From: Ruditapes philippinarum
Lineage: Eukaryota
DNA: 64,000 nt
Reading direction: 5' to 3'
NCBI RefSeq assembly: GCF_026571515.1
Contig: NW_026867305.1
Span: 124,001 to 188,000 of the forward strand
In this document: positions 13,381 through 27,102 of the stretch, one piece after another
Numbering within the stretch: the first letter of the stretch is position 1
Layout: each line of letters begins with the position of its first letter
Translations under genes and position numbers: made by a program
Notes under the pieces: model-generated
Seen by the model: only the letters and a program-made list of their open reading frames with translations
The model's database searches: none
What the model was told of the DNA's origin: nothing

Positions 13381-13675
13381 AGCGGACTTAAAAGGACTTA
13401 AATTGATTCCCTGCTCGGTTTGCGTAACTATTGTTGTTTATTAACCTATTCGAAACAAATATGTGAAAATTAGCCTCCATAAGAAAATGGCTTAATTTTA
13501 AGGTCTGCCCTTTAATGTAAGAGAAGCGGAATCCTTTGATGTGGTCGCACGGTCACTTCCCTTACAAAATGTCCTCGATGCATGTATGTGGTCGCATAGT
13601 CGAAGATCTCTATTACAATAAGATTAAGGCAAAATGTTAATGCTCTGTAAAAAACTGTATAACTCGTAATATATG

Positions 13676-13809
13676 TTATTTTGGTTTTGAAGTGATATAT
13701 GTGGATATATTACATGTCAAGATTTTATATCACCCGAGCCGTCAGGCGAGGGTGATATTTTATCTTGGCAGGTAATATATCCACATAAATCACTTCAAAA
13801 CCAAAATAA
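13676..13809. repeat. Long palindrome with GC-rich branched tip (transposon-derived hairpin)
   Basis: TTATTTTGGTTTTGAAGTGAT...ATATCACCC-GAGCCGTCAGGCGA-GGGTGATAT...ATCACTTCAAAACCAAAATAA. Confidence 0.8.
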
Positions 13810-16563
13810 TTATTTTATTACCCTTTCCCTGCCGAGTATAGACGATTTTGAAATAAATCATTGCTACATCAAATGAAACGTCGAAATAAGATTCCCTTTA
13901 GGGTACCCCTTCATCACTACATGACGTCACATAAATACTAATCTGGTTCCCTGTCCTATTATGGTTCCCATCCAAGATGGCTGCCCATAATGGGATCAGG
14001 AAACCCCCAAGCGTATTGGACAGATTTCTGTCCAATGGACTGCGTCGTAAATAAAATATTCCAAACAACGAGACAATGAACGCAAAATTTAAACCAGTCG
14101 AGCACCTGTTAGCCTTATCCAATCAGATAATGTCCTAGATTAAAATAGCCAATGAAACCGCGTCTGGGTTTCCACGGTAAAAATAGAACGCCACAACAAC
14201 AACAATAAAGAAACAAGTTTTTTCCCTCGATTCAGTAAAAAATGTTTGAATTTCTTTGACTAAAGTAATTCTTTATGTCATAATTATGATACACAATATG
14301 TGAAAAATGGTTAACTTGCCATACATACCGCTGTCAGTGACGGAATATAACCAAACAGGAAGAAATGTATACACAATGTCACATTCATAGATGCATGTCT
14401 TCAATGTAGAGATGGTTAATTGTACCACGGCACACCCCCTTCTCTCCAAAACATTTTCACCATTGGCTGGTTAATAGCCTTTCAGAAGAAAGAATCCAAA
14501 TAGCAACCAAATAAAAACAAAAAAACTGTCTCAACACCTTAGAAAAATTGAACTGTTTTCACTTGTTTCTTAAAAGAAGTGACAGATTATGATCAAACAC
14601 ATGTTTAAAATCTGAAAAGTAAAAACAAAAACAAAAAACAAATAACTTGTTTAAAAATCATTTAGATGTAAGAAAAGCACAGGTCAACTTGAAAAATTTC
14701 AATGGCAAGGAAACCATGAAAAAAGTTTGGAATTATGAAAAAAAGCTTTATTTCTTTGGAAGCTTGATTTGACTTACCAGGTATTTAATATGAAATTAGG
14801 CAAAGCCTATGGACGGGAAGTCGTTAAAAAATTGTTCATTTTCCCATTTGGTATTTCATGTACCACTTCTGTTTTCACTCGGAACACTATGTTATTATTG
14901 ATCCGAAAAGTTGTGATTGTTCCATTATCGGATAACCCAGCCTATTATCATCGAGTTACATTTAATATAGTGGCACCCTATTAAAACTGAGACTGAAAAT
15001 TATATTGATAGTTAGAGAATTCTAAATATTTTTTAATTGTTTTTTATTTGATTTCCTTTTAAATATACATCATGTCATGTGTAGTCTATAGCTGGACAAG
15101 CCAAAGCCCCTTCACTTCCCTGTATAAAATAAAATTCTGTAGACCATCAAATCCCTATTACTTACTCCCCATTCTTAATCTATATTTCAAGCTCTTTAAC
15201 ACTATGGACATGTACAAAAATAAATAAATAAATATTCCAAATATGGTAGTTCACATAACCATTCTATCAAAATTTTACTAGCAATTATATCTGAAGTTCA
15301 TTAAAACATTGGTCTAAAGGTAAATTGAAAATTTTACATTTATAATTCTATGTTTATCCTTTTACAGATTTGATTTTATAGCCAATATCCTTGCTCCTAC
15401 TGAGATTTGAACTCAGAACTCCTCTTAGTTTGCATGAGTTATCAATAAACCAGAGGTGTTTTACCAATTAAACTATAGGAGACATAGGATCTGACAGCCA
15501 CTGTGTTTATAGAAAACTATTCATCTTTCTACAAATTTACAGAAACAATATTAACATGATAAAATAAATATAATTACAGTATTTTTGACTGGTATTTGTT
15601 TACTACCTTACTTTTAAGCAGTGATTATTTTCCTATATTTTACAGCCAAAAAAAGACTTTTCCTCAAAATGCTATTTTTCAACTGAAATGCCCTGTGCAC
15701 ATTATTCACCAGAACCTTGACTAAACAGCAGCTGACTTATATGATTATCAGCTTGTTGATAAAATTAATTGACAGAAAGTTGTTATAGATAGCCTATGCC
15801 ATGTATATTTAATTGAATTGATAATTTAATTAAATGTGTAGGTGAATTTCATTCATAGTTGTTGGAATTTTATTTATTGTTTTTTCACTTTTTCTGATTT
15901 ATCTTGCTATAAATATATTTTTCCCTTCAGAAAGCCAAAGGTTGTTTTGAAAATTGACAAAAACAAAAACTGTGATGTGGTATCAACAAATTGACATTGA
16001 CATTCATAATCATTAAATGAGTATTAAACTGTTGGAAAAAATAGTGAAGATTATGATAACAGTCTAAAGACTATATGACCATTTTTTGTTGCTTTTCAGT
16101 ATCCTAACATGATAAAATAAATACTGCCTTTCTATACATCTGAAATTGTAAGAAATGTTTACATCAAATTCACAATAAATTTAAAGTAAATTTCAACAAT
16201 ATGTTTCATGTGCACATAAATATCCTAAACCATTATTGATGATAGCATGGAATTATATTATCAGTCACACTAGTTGCTCACAAGGCTTCAAGCAAGCTGG
16301 TGGATTCAGGAAAAAAAAGTGAAGTTGGCAAAATCTGTTTAAATACATGCAATAGTCTGTAGGTCAATCTTCCACTTGACACTTTTACATTTCGCAACAA
16401 TAAAAATTCATCACATAACAAATCGCCATGTGTATAAATACCTTTTTTTCACATCCATAATGGGGCATTTTCAAACTGTTGCTGAAATCCTATTAATTAT
16501 TTTCCATTTTAAATTTCATTCCTTTAGTTAATTTAACTCAATTTTTGCTTTAATCATCAATAG

Positions 16564-16800
16564 CAGTGTAAGAAATTAGGATTTGAATCGACTTGGCTGG
16601 TCGGACTACCAGATTGGAATATTCACTAGCCCAAAGGCATTTCACTAGCACGATTCATTTGTTCAAAACAGTTGTTTATATTGCCTCTGAAAATACAGTA
16701 GCCTGGTTGGGCTTGTAACGTTGTTACTGTGAAAAGTTGGTAGCCCGAGCAGAAATTTAGTAGTCAGGGGCTATCAGACTACTGCTAATTTGGAACACTG
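16564..16800. mobile_element. hAT-like MITE (CAG...CTG ends) with 6-bp target duplication
   Basis: Termini CAGTGTAAGAAATTAG / CTAATTTGGAACACTG. CAATAG lies on both flanks (16558-16563, 16801-16806). Confidence 0.65.
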
Positions 16801-17105
16801 CAATAGTGAATTTTTCTGAATGTGTGAGCAATAACATATGTTAAAATCAGAAACTTTTACCGTCCAGTTTCTTTTAGACAAGAACACAAACAAGATGACC
16901 CCCTTGAATTTTGATAGCCATATTTTCATGAAAAATGCTTAAAATGTCTTGAACAACTGTTAAACATACAATTTGCATTTGATTCTTGCTATACAAATAA
17001 ATCAAATGAATAATGTTTTAGAAATAAATGAAGAAAACTTAGTTTTCAGTTATTACATAAGAACAGTTGAGATAAAAATTATCCAGAATTATCATACATG
17101 ACTTA

Positions 17106-17930
17106 TTATTTGCCATCGAAGTATGACACTAACTTTGGAATAACGGATTCCAAAACTCTCTTAGAATTGGTCACTCTTGGCAACCCTTCACTATTTTTCA
17201 TAGTAAACACATTATAAAGTCCATCCTCTCCCTTACGTTGAAAAATTGTTTGTAAATGTTTAAAGTTTAACCCCGAACTTGCAACATTATCTGCAGTTGA
17301 AGATTTCATGACGCCACTTGCAATCAAAATAGACAAAGATGGCAAGTTTTTATGTTTCTCTTTGTTTGAATCCATATTGTATTTCACATCACTAGGAGAG
17401 AAACTCTTGACTGTAATACACTTATCATCCTGTTTCAAAGCATAAATGACCAGGTCGGACAAACAATCAACATCACACAGTGCGTTATGAGCGTTATACA
17501 CCTTGGAGAGCAATGAGCGGGCTAGGTCCTCCTGCTTGTAAGACTCACGTTTAGGAGAGAATGATTTAAACACGTGAAGACTCTACCAATCCTAACACAC
17601 ATGAACAAAACTCATTAAACATTCCACTAGCTTGACAGGCATTTACAACGATTGGGAAGTCAAAGCGTTTTCCATTATGAGCAATCAGAAAAACATAGCG
17701 AAACTGATTCAGCCAGATAAGAAAATCTCTGAGAGCTGTTTGTATAGTTTTTGTTTCCACAGGAACACCATCTACGCACATATCTGTACTATTTGTTACA
17801 ATAATTTTAGTCACTCGCTCTGCTGATGCGCTCATAGGTAAATTTGGTAGCACATAGCAGTTGAAGCTCTTCTCGGTACCTACATGTTTGGCTGCTATCT
17901 GTGTAATATGGGGGTAAACATCTCCTCGAA
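17106..17930 (-). pseudogene. DEDDh 3'-5' exonuclease relic with PML-like C-terminal region, probably transposon-derived
   Basis: Acceptor TTTTCCAG at 17931, then RGDVYPHITQIAA..FNCYVLP, ExoII LIAHNGKRFDFP, a frameshift at ~17570, ExoIII YNAHNALCDV and a C-terminal ASSGLNFKHL..GEDGL..PRVT. No upstream exon with ExoI DxETTG was found. Confidence 0.75.
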
Positions 17931-19249
17931 CTGGAAAATAAAAATGGTACTGGAGTAAAAAACTGAATAAAAGTTATACAAGACAATAGTATTATAGTGA
18001 TTTATAACATGCTGTGCAGTGGAAAATGAAATTATATTAGATAATTTTCACAGTGAAATTATAAAATATATTTTTCACTGTAGACAGACTATATTAAAAG
18101 TCAGTGAAAAGAATATTCATATATCTAAGTGGAATTAATTCCGCTCAATGTAAAATTTGTTTCTTAGAAGCAAGTAAATATCTGCATACAGAATTTAAAT
18201 TTTACAGAGCTATGTTTCAACATTTATACTTTGACATTATGATGTGACATTACACGGCAAAATCAGCAAGAATTGACTAATTTGAAATAGATAGATTTTG
18301 TTTTGTACGCAAGATTGAAACTCTGGTGAACACCAGCTATAATATTTTATATAAAATAAATGTATCTGGGTTTCACTCATTGACAATATTTTTATATATA
18401 ATTAATTTCATGAAAGTCACTATCGGCCAAAAGTATATAAAAACAGGGGAGACCACTGTCGTAACTCTACCCAAGTATCTTGTTACTGAACCAAATCGGG
18501 GTATTTCCATTGGAAATAACATTAAAAATGGTACGCGCACCTGTTTGTGACGACATGATTGTACCTCTGAAAGCCAATGGAAAGAAAACAAATATGGTGC
18601 TATGGCCAATGAAATAGCAATACGTTTAATATCAGTAAAAAAAGCATGATGTAATTTCTAAATTTAAATACATTTAAAATGTTCCGTCTCAGTAGGTTTA
18701 GGTATACTTCAAGACATTAAGAAGGAATCATATAACGCATTGTTGCTATCTGAAAGTGTATAACTATATAGCTTTATATTTTATTTAATTTAAGACTGTC
18801 TTATGAAATGAATGTTTTAAAATATCTAAAATGAAGGGACTATATTTGACAGCAGGCAGCGCATGCAAGAAATCAAGGACAGCAAATCTAAAAACAGCAG
18901 CAATATATTTTGTTTGGGAACATTATTCCGATTACATTGAACATTCATGTGCAGTAAATAAAGAAACTGTGTTTCGAGAAAAACAAGAAATCTAAGTTAC
19001 TGTTTTCATAATGACATTTTTGAAAATATTTCTTCAGATATAGCTTGATACACCTCAGACATGTAATTAGGAAGTCATATTTAGGTCCACATTATGTAAA
19101 AATGAAATTAAATAAAGAAGGTTACTTCACTAAGTAAAATGTTAAAATCCCTATCGGAATGTTGAATTTATCTCAATCTTGTATCATAGTTTGGGGACCT
19201 TTCTGTTGAAAATGTGTCAGAGTTAAATCGTATACATATACATGCACAG

Positions 19250-19557
19250 TGCGGTAACTGGAGTGCGGGTATCAGTTACCCGCACTCCAGATCATGCCCA
19301 TTGATTGGTTCATTTTTGCTGGGGTTTACATATTGTGACGGCATAGAAAGGGAAAGCGACAGAAATGTCATATTCAGATGTTCGTTCATTGGTTCATTTT
19401 TGCCGGGGTTTCATATTGTGATAACAGGGAGCTTGTTTTTATGTTTGACTATGATACAAAAGAGAAAGAACACCAAAACACTCGGCAATCTGATTAATAC
19501 TCGGGGGCTACGCCCCCTCGTACAAATCAGATAGCCTCGTGTTTCGGTGCTCTTTCT
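19250..19557. mobile_element. Hairpin-rich non-autonomous element
   Basis: 14-bp perfect stem CTGGAGTGCGGGTA / TACCCGCACTCCAG, a duplicated CATTGGTTCATTTTTGC motif and a terminal foldback at 19463-19557 with tip CGGGGGCTACGCCCCCTCG. Absent from the paralogous region upstream of B2. Confidence 0.6.
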
Positions 19558-20458
19558 ATTACTTATATAATGTATGATCATTTTGTAACTATTCGTATGT
19601 ATCTGAATTTTATTAGGTTGGACTGAGATTAATGTTCGGTAAATTTTTGAGGTGTAAATTAATACCCGGTCAATATCCACGGGATGAATTTATTTAAAGA
19701 AATGTTTGAAAATAGAAATTTTAGCCGGACACGCGTAGAACGGGTCAAATAACGAATTAATCAAATGATTAAAACTTCAGGAAATATAAAGCCAAATATA
19801 TTGCGACAATTTTCTTGCATACAGTTTGTTTATATGTATTCCAATCACGCGAGATTTCTTGTGCCATTACAAATCATTTGCATCATTTTTAAAATTTCTT
19901 GATTGATTGATCATTACTGTTGCAATATATAAAAATACAACAACCATAGGTTTTATCGCAAACAAATTGGCGATTAAGTCAACACACACCCTCAAATGTG
20001 TATTCACAAGACTCACTGTACATTCTTTTGCCAAAACAATATCCTACTTTTTCAAGTCAGAAGATATCAGTAGTTAAGAAGATATGCCAATAAAAATACT
20101 CATTATAGTAAATATGAAACGATCCATTTTGATTAGACAAATTAATTACTTTTGAGGAATTGGTGCGAAAAGGATGTAACTCATATATGTGACATAAAGA
20201 GAGTTACCTCCGGTCCGCACTAACCGTACTAGCTGTTATAGTTATAAAGACAATTTGTGTGCTATTTAAATTTGCGCTGTATACAAAAACTTATTAATAT
20301 TGGAAAACCAAGTTAAAAATAACCCATTGCGAAATTTGTTGTCGCAACAATGGTAAACCCAGACAGAGCTCTTTAAAAGCTCCCGCAACTTAAGAATTTC
20401 ATCAGTTAAGTTAGTAACTCAACAAATACACATATAACCATAAAACAAAATTGCAATC

Positions 20459-23400
20459 ATGAAACAAGAGAGGGACACGACGCGTTTAGGATACGTTGGA
20501 AATATTCACCATCGGGGGAACACCGACGACGACGAAGAATTTAAAAGAACGTACGCGTCGGAGCTGACTTTGTCAGAGAAATATGGCAAGACGATACAGC
20601 AAACTTCAACAACTGAGAAAACAGTCAAAGTAACCGCTTCAAAGGTACAAGAAGGAGAAAAAACCTACTCATTTACCACTTCATTATGGGTAATTGGATT
20701 TGTCGCCACTTTAGCCGTCTTTACTGGCTCAAAAATTGGAAGAGAAAATATAAAGAGAGTGATAACAGGTATTTACTTTATCATCATATGAAATTTTCAA
20801 ATTTTAAGATTTTTGAAAATACTTTATTTGAGATAATATACATGCTGAATAGGTCTTTTGTAGCGAGTTTAATTTTACTCATCTTCAATAACAGTTTATA
20901 CCTGATAAATCGATAAATGCCAGCCATTTTCCTTCTCGCTACGCTAGGTTGCACACGAACAGTGTTTGTTGACATATCTTTTATACCATTAAAGCAGCGT
21001 GCATGTAGATTCATTGTTTTTTATAGCAAAATATTGAGAAAGTATTTAAAATGGTAAAAATTTAGTAAAGATTAATTAAGGGTTGACTTTTATTATCCTA
21101 GCTCTCTTAAAAATTACAGAACTTAAAATAATACAAAATAAAATGAATAAATAAAAAGCGAAACTAGCCCTTACTCTATTCAGTAAAGGGTAGGTGAAAT
21201 GATAAGTTAATTGTTCGCATATTGCTTAAAACGTTCAAATTTAAAACTTAAAAACTTCAAATTATTTAAAGGAACGTTATTTCTTGTACATATCCTAAAC
21301 TTTTTATAAACTTCTTTTAAAAATTGGTATATCTCCGAAACTGGAGGCTTTAATGATTAATATGACAATACCGTAGCTCAATAAAACTCATTCTAAACAA
21401 AAGTTTATCATAGTTATTTAACGTTTAATCGATCAATTGTATACATTAAATACAAAGGTAGAGTGCTTTTGTTTATAACTATCAAAACAGTGTAGCTATG
21501 TCTGTAATTCGATCGATTTGAATATTGATTGATTAGATTTATACAAATCAATTCTATTTATAGAACACATTGATCGCTCCTAACCATGTATGAAATGTTT
21601 ACATCCCATAGCTTACTGTTGTACCGTCTTGACTCTTTATCATATCTACATGTATGTTGTTCAATTTCATTTAGGATGAAATCATTTTTAAATGATTAAT
21701 TGAGAAATGGTCAAATTTTCATGAATATCGCAGAGAGAAAAAAGCAGCAATTGTCCATTCTCAATGTTTCATTTCAATCGGATCACTTGAGTTTTTCGCA
21801 TTTACATACGGAAATTTCCGAAATTTTACGAGTAGGACTAAAGTTTTTGCATTCAATTTCTATGACAGATTGCCGGGAACCAGGATCTATACCTTATGGT
21901 TCTATCGTTGTAAATGAGGAAGAAGGAACAAAATATGGAGCAAAAGCAACTGTCGTCTGCTCACACGGATACTCGAGTTCAAATCCGGAAGCTGTATGCC
22001 AAGCGAACGGAAAATGGTCGTCTGTATATTGTCACGTGACTGGTAGGTATAGTCTTTCAATATTTCCAAAATTGTTAATTTATATTACTGCATTTTGATA
22101 TTTAGATATTTTAAGACAGATAACATTGTCATTATCAAATATAAGACTTTTTTTGCCTTGTCAGCTACTCTTTGCTGTGTTACAAAGAAACGAATCTGCA
22201 CATGTATTATATATTTCATAATTATACATAATAATCAATTATACATTTTTAAGATTGTGGAAACACTTTACCACAAATCGAAAACGGACAATCAACAATG
22301 AATAGTGAGCAAGATTCTACGTTTGGTGCAACAGCCACCGTTACTTGTGCCCCCGGATATCAGCGAAATAAACCTAAGATTTCATGTCAGGCTGACGGGA
22401 TGTGGGAACAAGCGACATGCCAGCCAGTTGGTAAGTCTTCCATTGAACTTGAGTCTTATTTTTAATTCGATAAAGCCTGCTTACACCGGTGTGGAATGGA
22501 GACGACATGGGGTGAATGGCAGTTCGAAATTGCTCATGTCAACCATAACCATGTTTTATGAACTGGCACTTGCAAATATTTTCAGTTTAACCATGCCAGG
22601 ACAAAGTTTCTATTTTGACATATTTCAGGCAAACTTTTGCATTAGACTTTTCTTAGATTATAGAAATAATAAAATTCATGTATGAAAACAAACAACTTAT
22701 TGTAGGCAGTGTCAATCATAAAACAATTACCCATAATAAGAACTGATATAGAAATATATAGATATAATTTTATGTATATTTAACCATATTTCAGACATAT
22801 TCATTATCTAAAGGATCGTTGCACCGAAATTGTGTCCGTAACGTTCATTGAAACTATTCAAGTTTTAAACATAATGTTTTCCTTTTAGTTAGATTCGATT
22901 ATGTCATGACGTCATTGCGCTTATTCACATAATTATAAATTATAATACTTTTTCAATCTTTCTTCCCAATACGAGTTGATGTTGATGTTGTATTTCAGAC
23001 TGCAGTAATCCAAAGATTGAACATGGTCATCTTGAGTGGGACAGCACATTGTTTTTGTCACAGGCTACTGTGAAATGTGACACTGGTTACGCACCGAGTC
23101 AACCACATGTCACATGTACAGCTTCCGGTACATGGCAGAATGCTGTATGCTACAGTAAGTCTTAATTTGATATGTCCATTAACACCGTGTATATCCAATA
23201 ACGCTGGAATGTGAAAATAACGATTTGTGCAAAAAGTAACGCAGAATTGTGCAATAATAATAATTTACAGAAACTTACTTTAAGGATCTTACACCGGCTG
23301 CCAGTACAGACCGGAACATCTAGCTCGAGGGTAACTGAGTTTTCGCTGAAACCTGAGAGCTAGATATTCCGGTCTGTACCGGCAGCCGGTGTTTGATTTT

Positions 23401-24546
23401 TTCTTGCATATTACAAATAAATAATATTTCGAAAAGAAATTAAGAAAACTAATATTATCATTTAGCGTTCTTTCTCATAGTAACGTATGAATGTACAACT
23501 TCATTGCAACGGCACCATAATGCGATCCTAATGACGCAATTCATTAATAAAAGGCGTGTGGGAATGGCGCGACTTGTCTTTACATGGGGGTGTAAGACCG
23601 GTTTTTCTAGAACCGGTGTAAACAGTAGATAATTCCTGTCTGATATGCAAAAATCAGCAATGTTATACGATACCTTGTATTATAAAGTAGCAATCAACTG
23701 TTAAATAATTAAAACGACCACACACAACATGTTCGTCATGGTGACCGCCGTCGTCGTTAATGATAATGTAATTTTACATTTAAAATACTCATAATATAAG
23801 AATAATGGTCGAATCGAAAGACTGACTGTATCACAGACTAATGTTCATTACTAAATATTTTAAAATCTGAATCTGTTTTCAAACGTTGAATCAAAATTAA
23901 ATAGATAGACTACATAATTTACTTTGTATTTCAACAAAATATTTTTCACGTGTTTATGTAATTGCTTCAATATTTATTGTATTATTTTTTGTCAATTTAA
24001 GACATTGATGATTGCTCCAACAATCCTTGTAAAAATGGAGGCCAATGTGAGGACAAAGTGGCAGACTATGTTTGCAAGTGCCAGCGATGGTATTCTGGCA
24101 AAAACTGCGAACTTGGTAGGTATTTTTTCTATAACAATGTCTGTTTTATCTTCTAACACACTTGAAACAAGAACGATATAATGGTTGCCTCTTTCATCAT
24201 TTTTCTTTCATGCGCCTGTATTTTATCATAAGACTTTTTATAATCGTTGCGTATTTTTTTTAAATTCATTTCACACGTATACGTGTACATTCCATAATCA
24301 TTTGTATTGTTCGAACATTTCTTTATTCAATAGTTTCATCACCGTCATTATCATCATCATTATTATCATCATTAATCGCGTCACATTTTTATCATCATTG
24401 TTATCATTTCTTTTATAGACACTAGATGTGCTAATCATCAGTGTAAAAATGGAGGAAAATGTGTTTCACAACCGAATGGCAGCTACAAGTGTGTGTGTCC
24501 TCCAGGTATAGATGGTATCTTTTGCGAGAGTCCACACAAACACTGA
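20459..24546 (+). CDS. Gene B1: type II membrane protein with 3 Sushi/CCP + 2 EGF domains (~352 aa, 6 exons)
   Basis: Exons 20459-20768 (tail + TM LWVIGFVATLAVFTG), 21869-22042, 22254-22430, 22999-23154 (Sushi C..C..GY..C..G.W..C), 24002-24115 (Ca-binding-type [28 protein letters not shown]) and 24419-24546 (EGF, stop). All junctions are GT-AG, phase 1, 1059 nt open. Confidence 0.92.
23291..23392. mobile_element. Foldback element in intron 4 of B1 (paralogous copy at ~46262-46382)
   Basis: ACACCGGCTGCCAGTACAGACCGGAACATCTAGCTC / GAGCTAGATATTCCGGTCTGTACCGGCAGCCGGTGT. Confidence 0.7.
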
Positions 24547-27102
24547 AAGTTTACATATATTGTATCTTCAAAATATTGAAACTTTATATATACTTAAGTT
24601 AAAAATCTGAAAAAGTGAGATTAAAAAGTTTAGATTATAAAGATAATAAAGATAAGAGCTCATATGTTGAAAAATGATACTGTTATTAAACAATAATAGT
24701 CAGATATTGAAAAATAGAGCATACATTAAAGAATAATGCTCAGATATTGAAAAAAAAACATTTCTGATATTAAATGGTTACATATGATATTGAACAAATT
24801 GCTGTACTCAGAGTTATTATGATGTGATAAGTCAGTGTGATGTTAATCAAATTATGTGTTTATAATGAAAAAAATGTTTAAATAAAAATAGGGCAATATT
24901 TGTTTATATTTCTTTTGGTCAGTTATTAGTCAAGTTTAGTTGTATTTCGAATTGCATTATTACAGTTGAGACCATTGTTATTGTGAATTGATTTGTCAAT
25001 TTAAATTGTTCTTGTTTGTATGATATTGAATGTATCGGCATTAGAATTTGAAATGTACATGTTTTGTGCCATAAAAGGCAACGCTTGATTTCTTTTTTTA
25101 TGTTTTTGTTTATGACTTAATTGACATAAGTTTTACTGAATTGACATAAGTTTTATTATGTCTGTCAATATTTTAAAGTGTTCAGCTTTGATATTTACCC
25201 CAATGATATTGATGCTATTTTATGCTATTGATACTATTATATTACATGGATGCTATTGTTGATATTTTATACTATTTGTACTGCTTCATGTTATTTTATG
25301 TTATTGATGCTATTTTATGTTATTGATACTATTTTTTGCTACTGATGCTATTTTTTTGCACCATATCTTAAAATACTTTATCAATATTTTTGTGTGGTTT
25401 GTTTTAAATCGTTTATCATTATCTAATTAATTGATCGTCTAGCACAAATTTTATGTTGTGTTGACGAATTATCGTTACTGAAATATTAAAATATTAAAAA
25501 CTTGAAAAATGAAATGTTTTCTGTCTGTGTTATTTTTTATATAAAAAAGTCTTGAACTCGGTTAGCTATGAAAGAGTGTAAGTCTGAATCTTTAAGATCA
25601 ATGGTCAAGTGTCGATTAATACAATGAAAAAAAAAAAACAAAAATGTTGAACGTTTAGGTTTGACTGAACATATGAATAGATAATTAATTTTTACGATCT
25701 CAACATGACAAAGCAATATTCCTCATGGAAGTAAAGTTTGCTTGATTTGAAAAGGACGAAATATTCAAAAGGTTTATGCAATATATGCATAATTACGCAT
25801 AAGTAAGGCTATATGCCCGGAGATAAGATATATCTATTTAAACAAATAACTAGACACACAAAGATTTTAATCCGTAGAAATCTTTTATTATTAGGCCAAA
25901 ATGTTTTCTATTTTTGTTATACATGAGAAATACGTCACTATCAACCCTAATTGAGGGTTGTAGCGACGAATTTATTCTTTAACGTCAATCAATTTACATA
26001 AAAAACATAATGATAGACATTGAATTATATGGATGAGAGCCTATTGTATGGGATTCACCATTAATTTTTACCAACTTTTTAAAACGTGATTAGCATAATG
26101 AGCTGTATAATTATAATTCTGCAAATCAAACCTCCACAGAATTGTATCTGAAATATCCCTGATTCTCAATTATTTCATTTTTTCCTAAATCTTAGTCAGA
26201 AAGAGCTATAATAATGATAACGGCAGGTAAATTATTGATCGTGTAAGTAAAAATAAATGTGATGGAATTAATCTGATTTAAATTGGCTCGTAAATGAAAT
26301 GTATCAACGGTTTCGGATCCGACTGTTGCCAATATAGGTCGACCCTCCTGTGATATTTCAATCCGCCAATCAGTGGCCGCTTTCGCATTCTTGAATGACG
26401 ATTGGTTTTCATTTTTAACCGTTTGAAAAAATGTATGCCATTTTCACAATTCAATCATATTATTGGTGAACAAAATGTCGGCGCCCAAGCTCTATTCTAG
26501 AAAAATAACATAAAATTAACGCTTAGATACGAGCACATGATGTTATATAAAAATATACTCGCAATATCTATTCAATTTGTTTTGTTTTTATCTGAAGCTA
26601 AATTACTGACAAGTCTAACTTCACGGTTGATAATGACTTTGAAACAACTTTAGCCTACCACATTATTTCTTGGGCAACCCTTAGTTTATCAATATTGTTT
26701 TTAACAAGTCTGTGTCTTGGTCGCCAGTGGTTAATTGGCGTATTCTTTCAATAAAATGTGCGTTCTAAACGCCGCCTGTTATACTCAACAACGATGCATT
26801 TTCTTTTACTTTGAAACGTGCTATAACCGACTGGACAATATATCATTTAAATAGAATATAGATTGGAATACATACATTGTTCATGTTAGTTTACTTGTCC
26901 GAAAGAAAGAGGAGATACAATATGCATTAACTTTTTATTAAGACGTTTTGATATAACAATATACGTTTTACTAAAAAAATATTGTCTAATCAGAAATAGC
27001 ATGGCTATTACGATATACAATTGTATTGCAATTTGCTAACTTAACCTTCCATAAATATACTGTTTTCTGTCTTTTGCTACTTCTTATTTTGCTAATTACT
27101 GA

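Larger units (their letters stand above)
18430..25520 (+). repeat. Segmental duplication unit 1 (paralogous to 41175-54230)
   Basis: Collinear similarity over upstream region, exons, introns and 3' flank, ending at GAAATGTTTTC in both copies. Confidence 0.9.

Noticed and set aside
13676-19557. Two hairpins as the ends of one 5.9-kb exonuclease-carrying element
   Set aside because: Host sequence paralogous to the B2 upstream region (18430-18830) lies between them, so they are probably independent insertions.
22305-22685. ORFs MSKILRLVQQ... (also 45065) and MYFNKIFF... (23924)
   Set aside because: They are wrong-frame readings over the Sushi and EGF exons.
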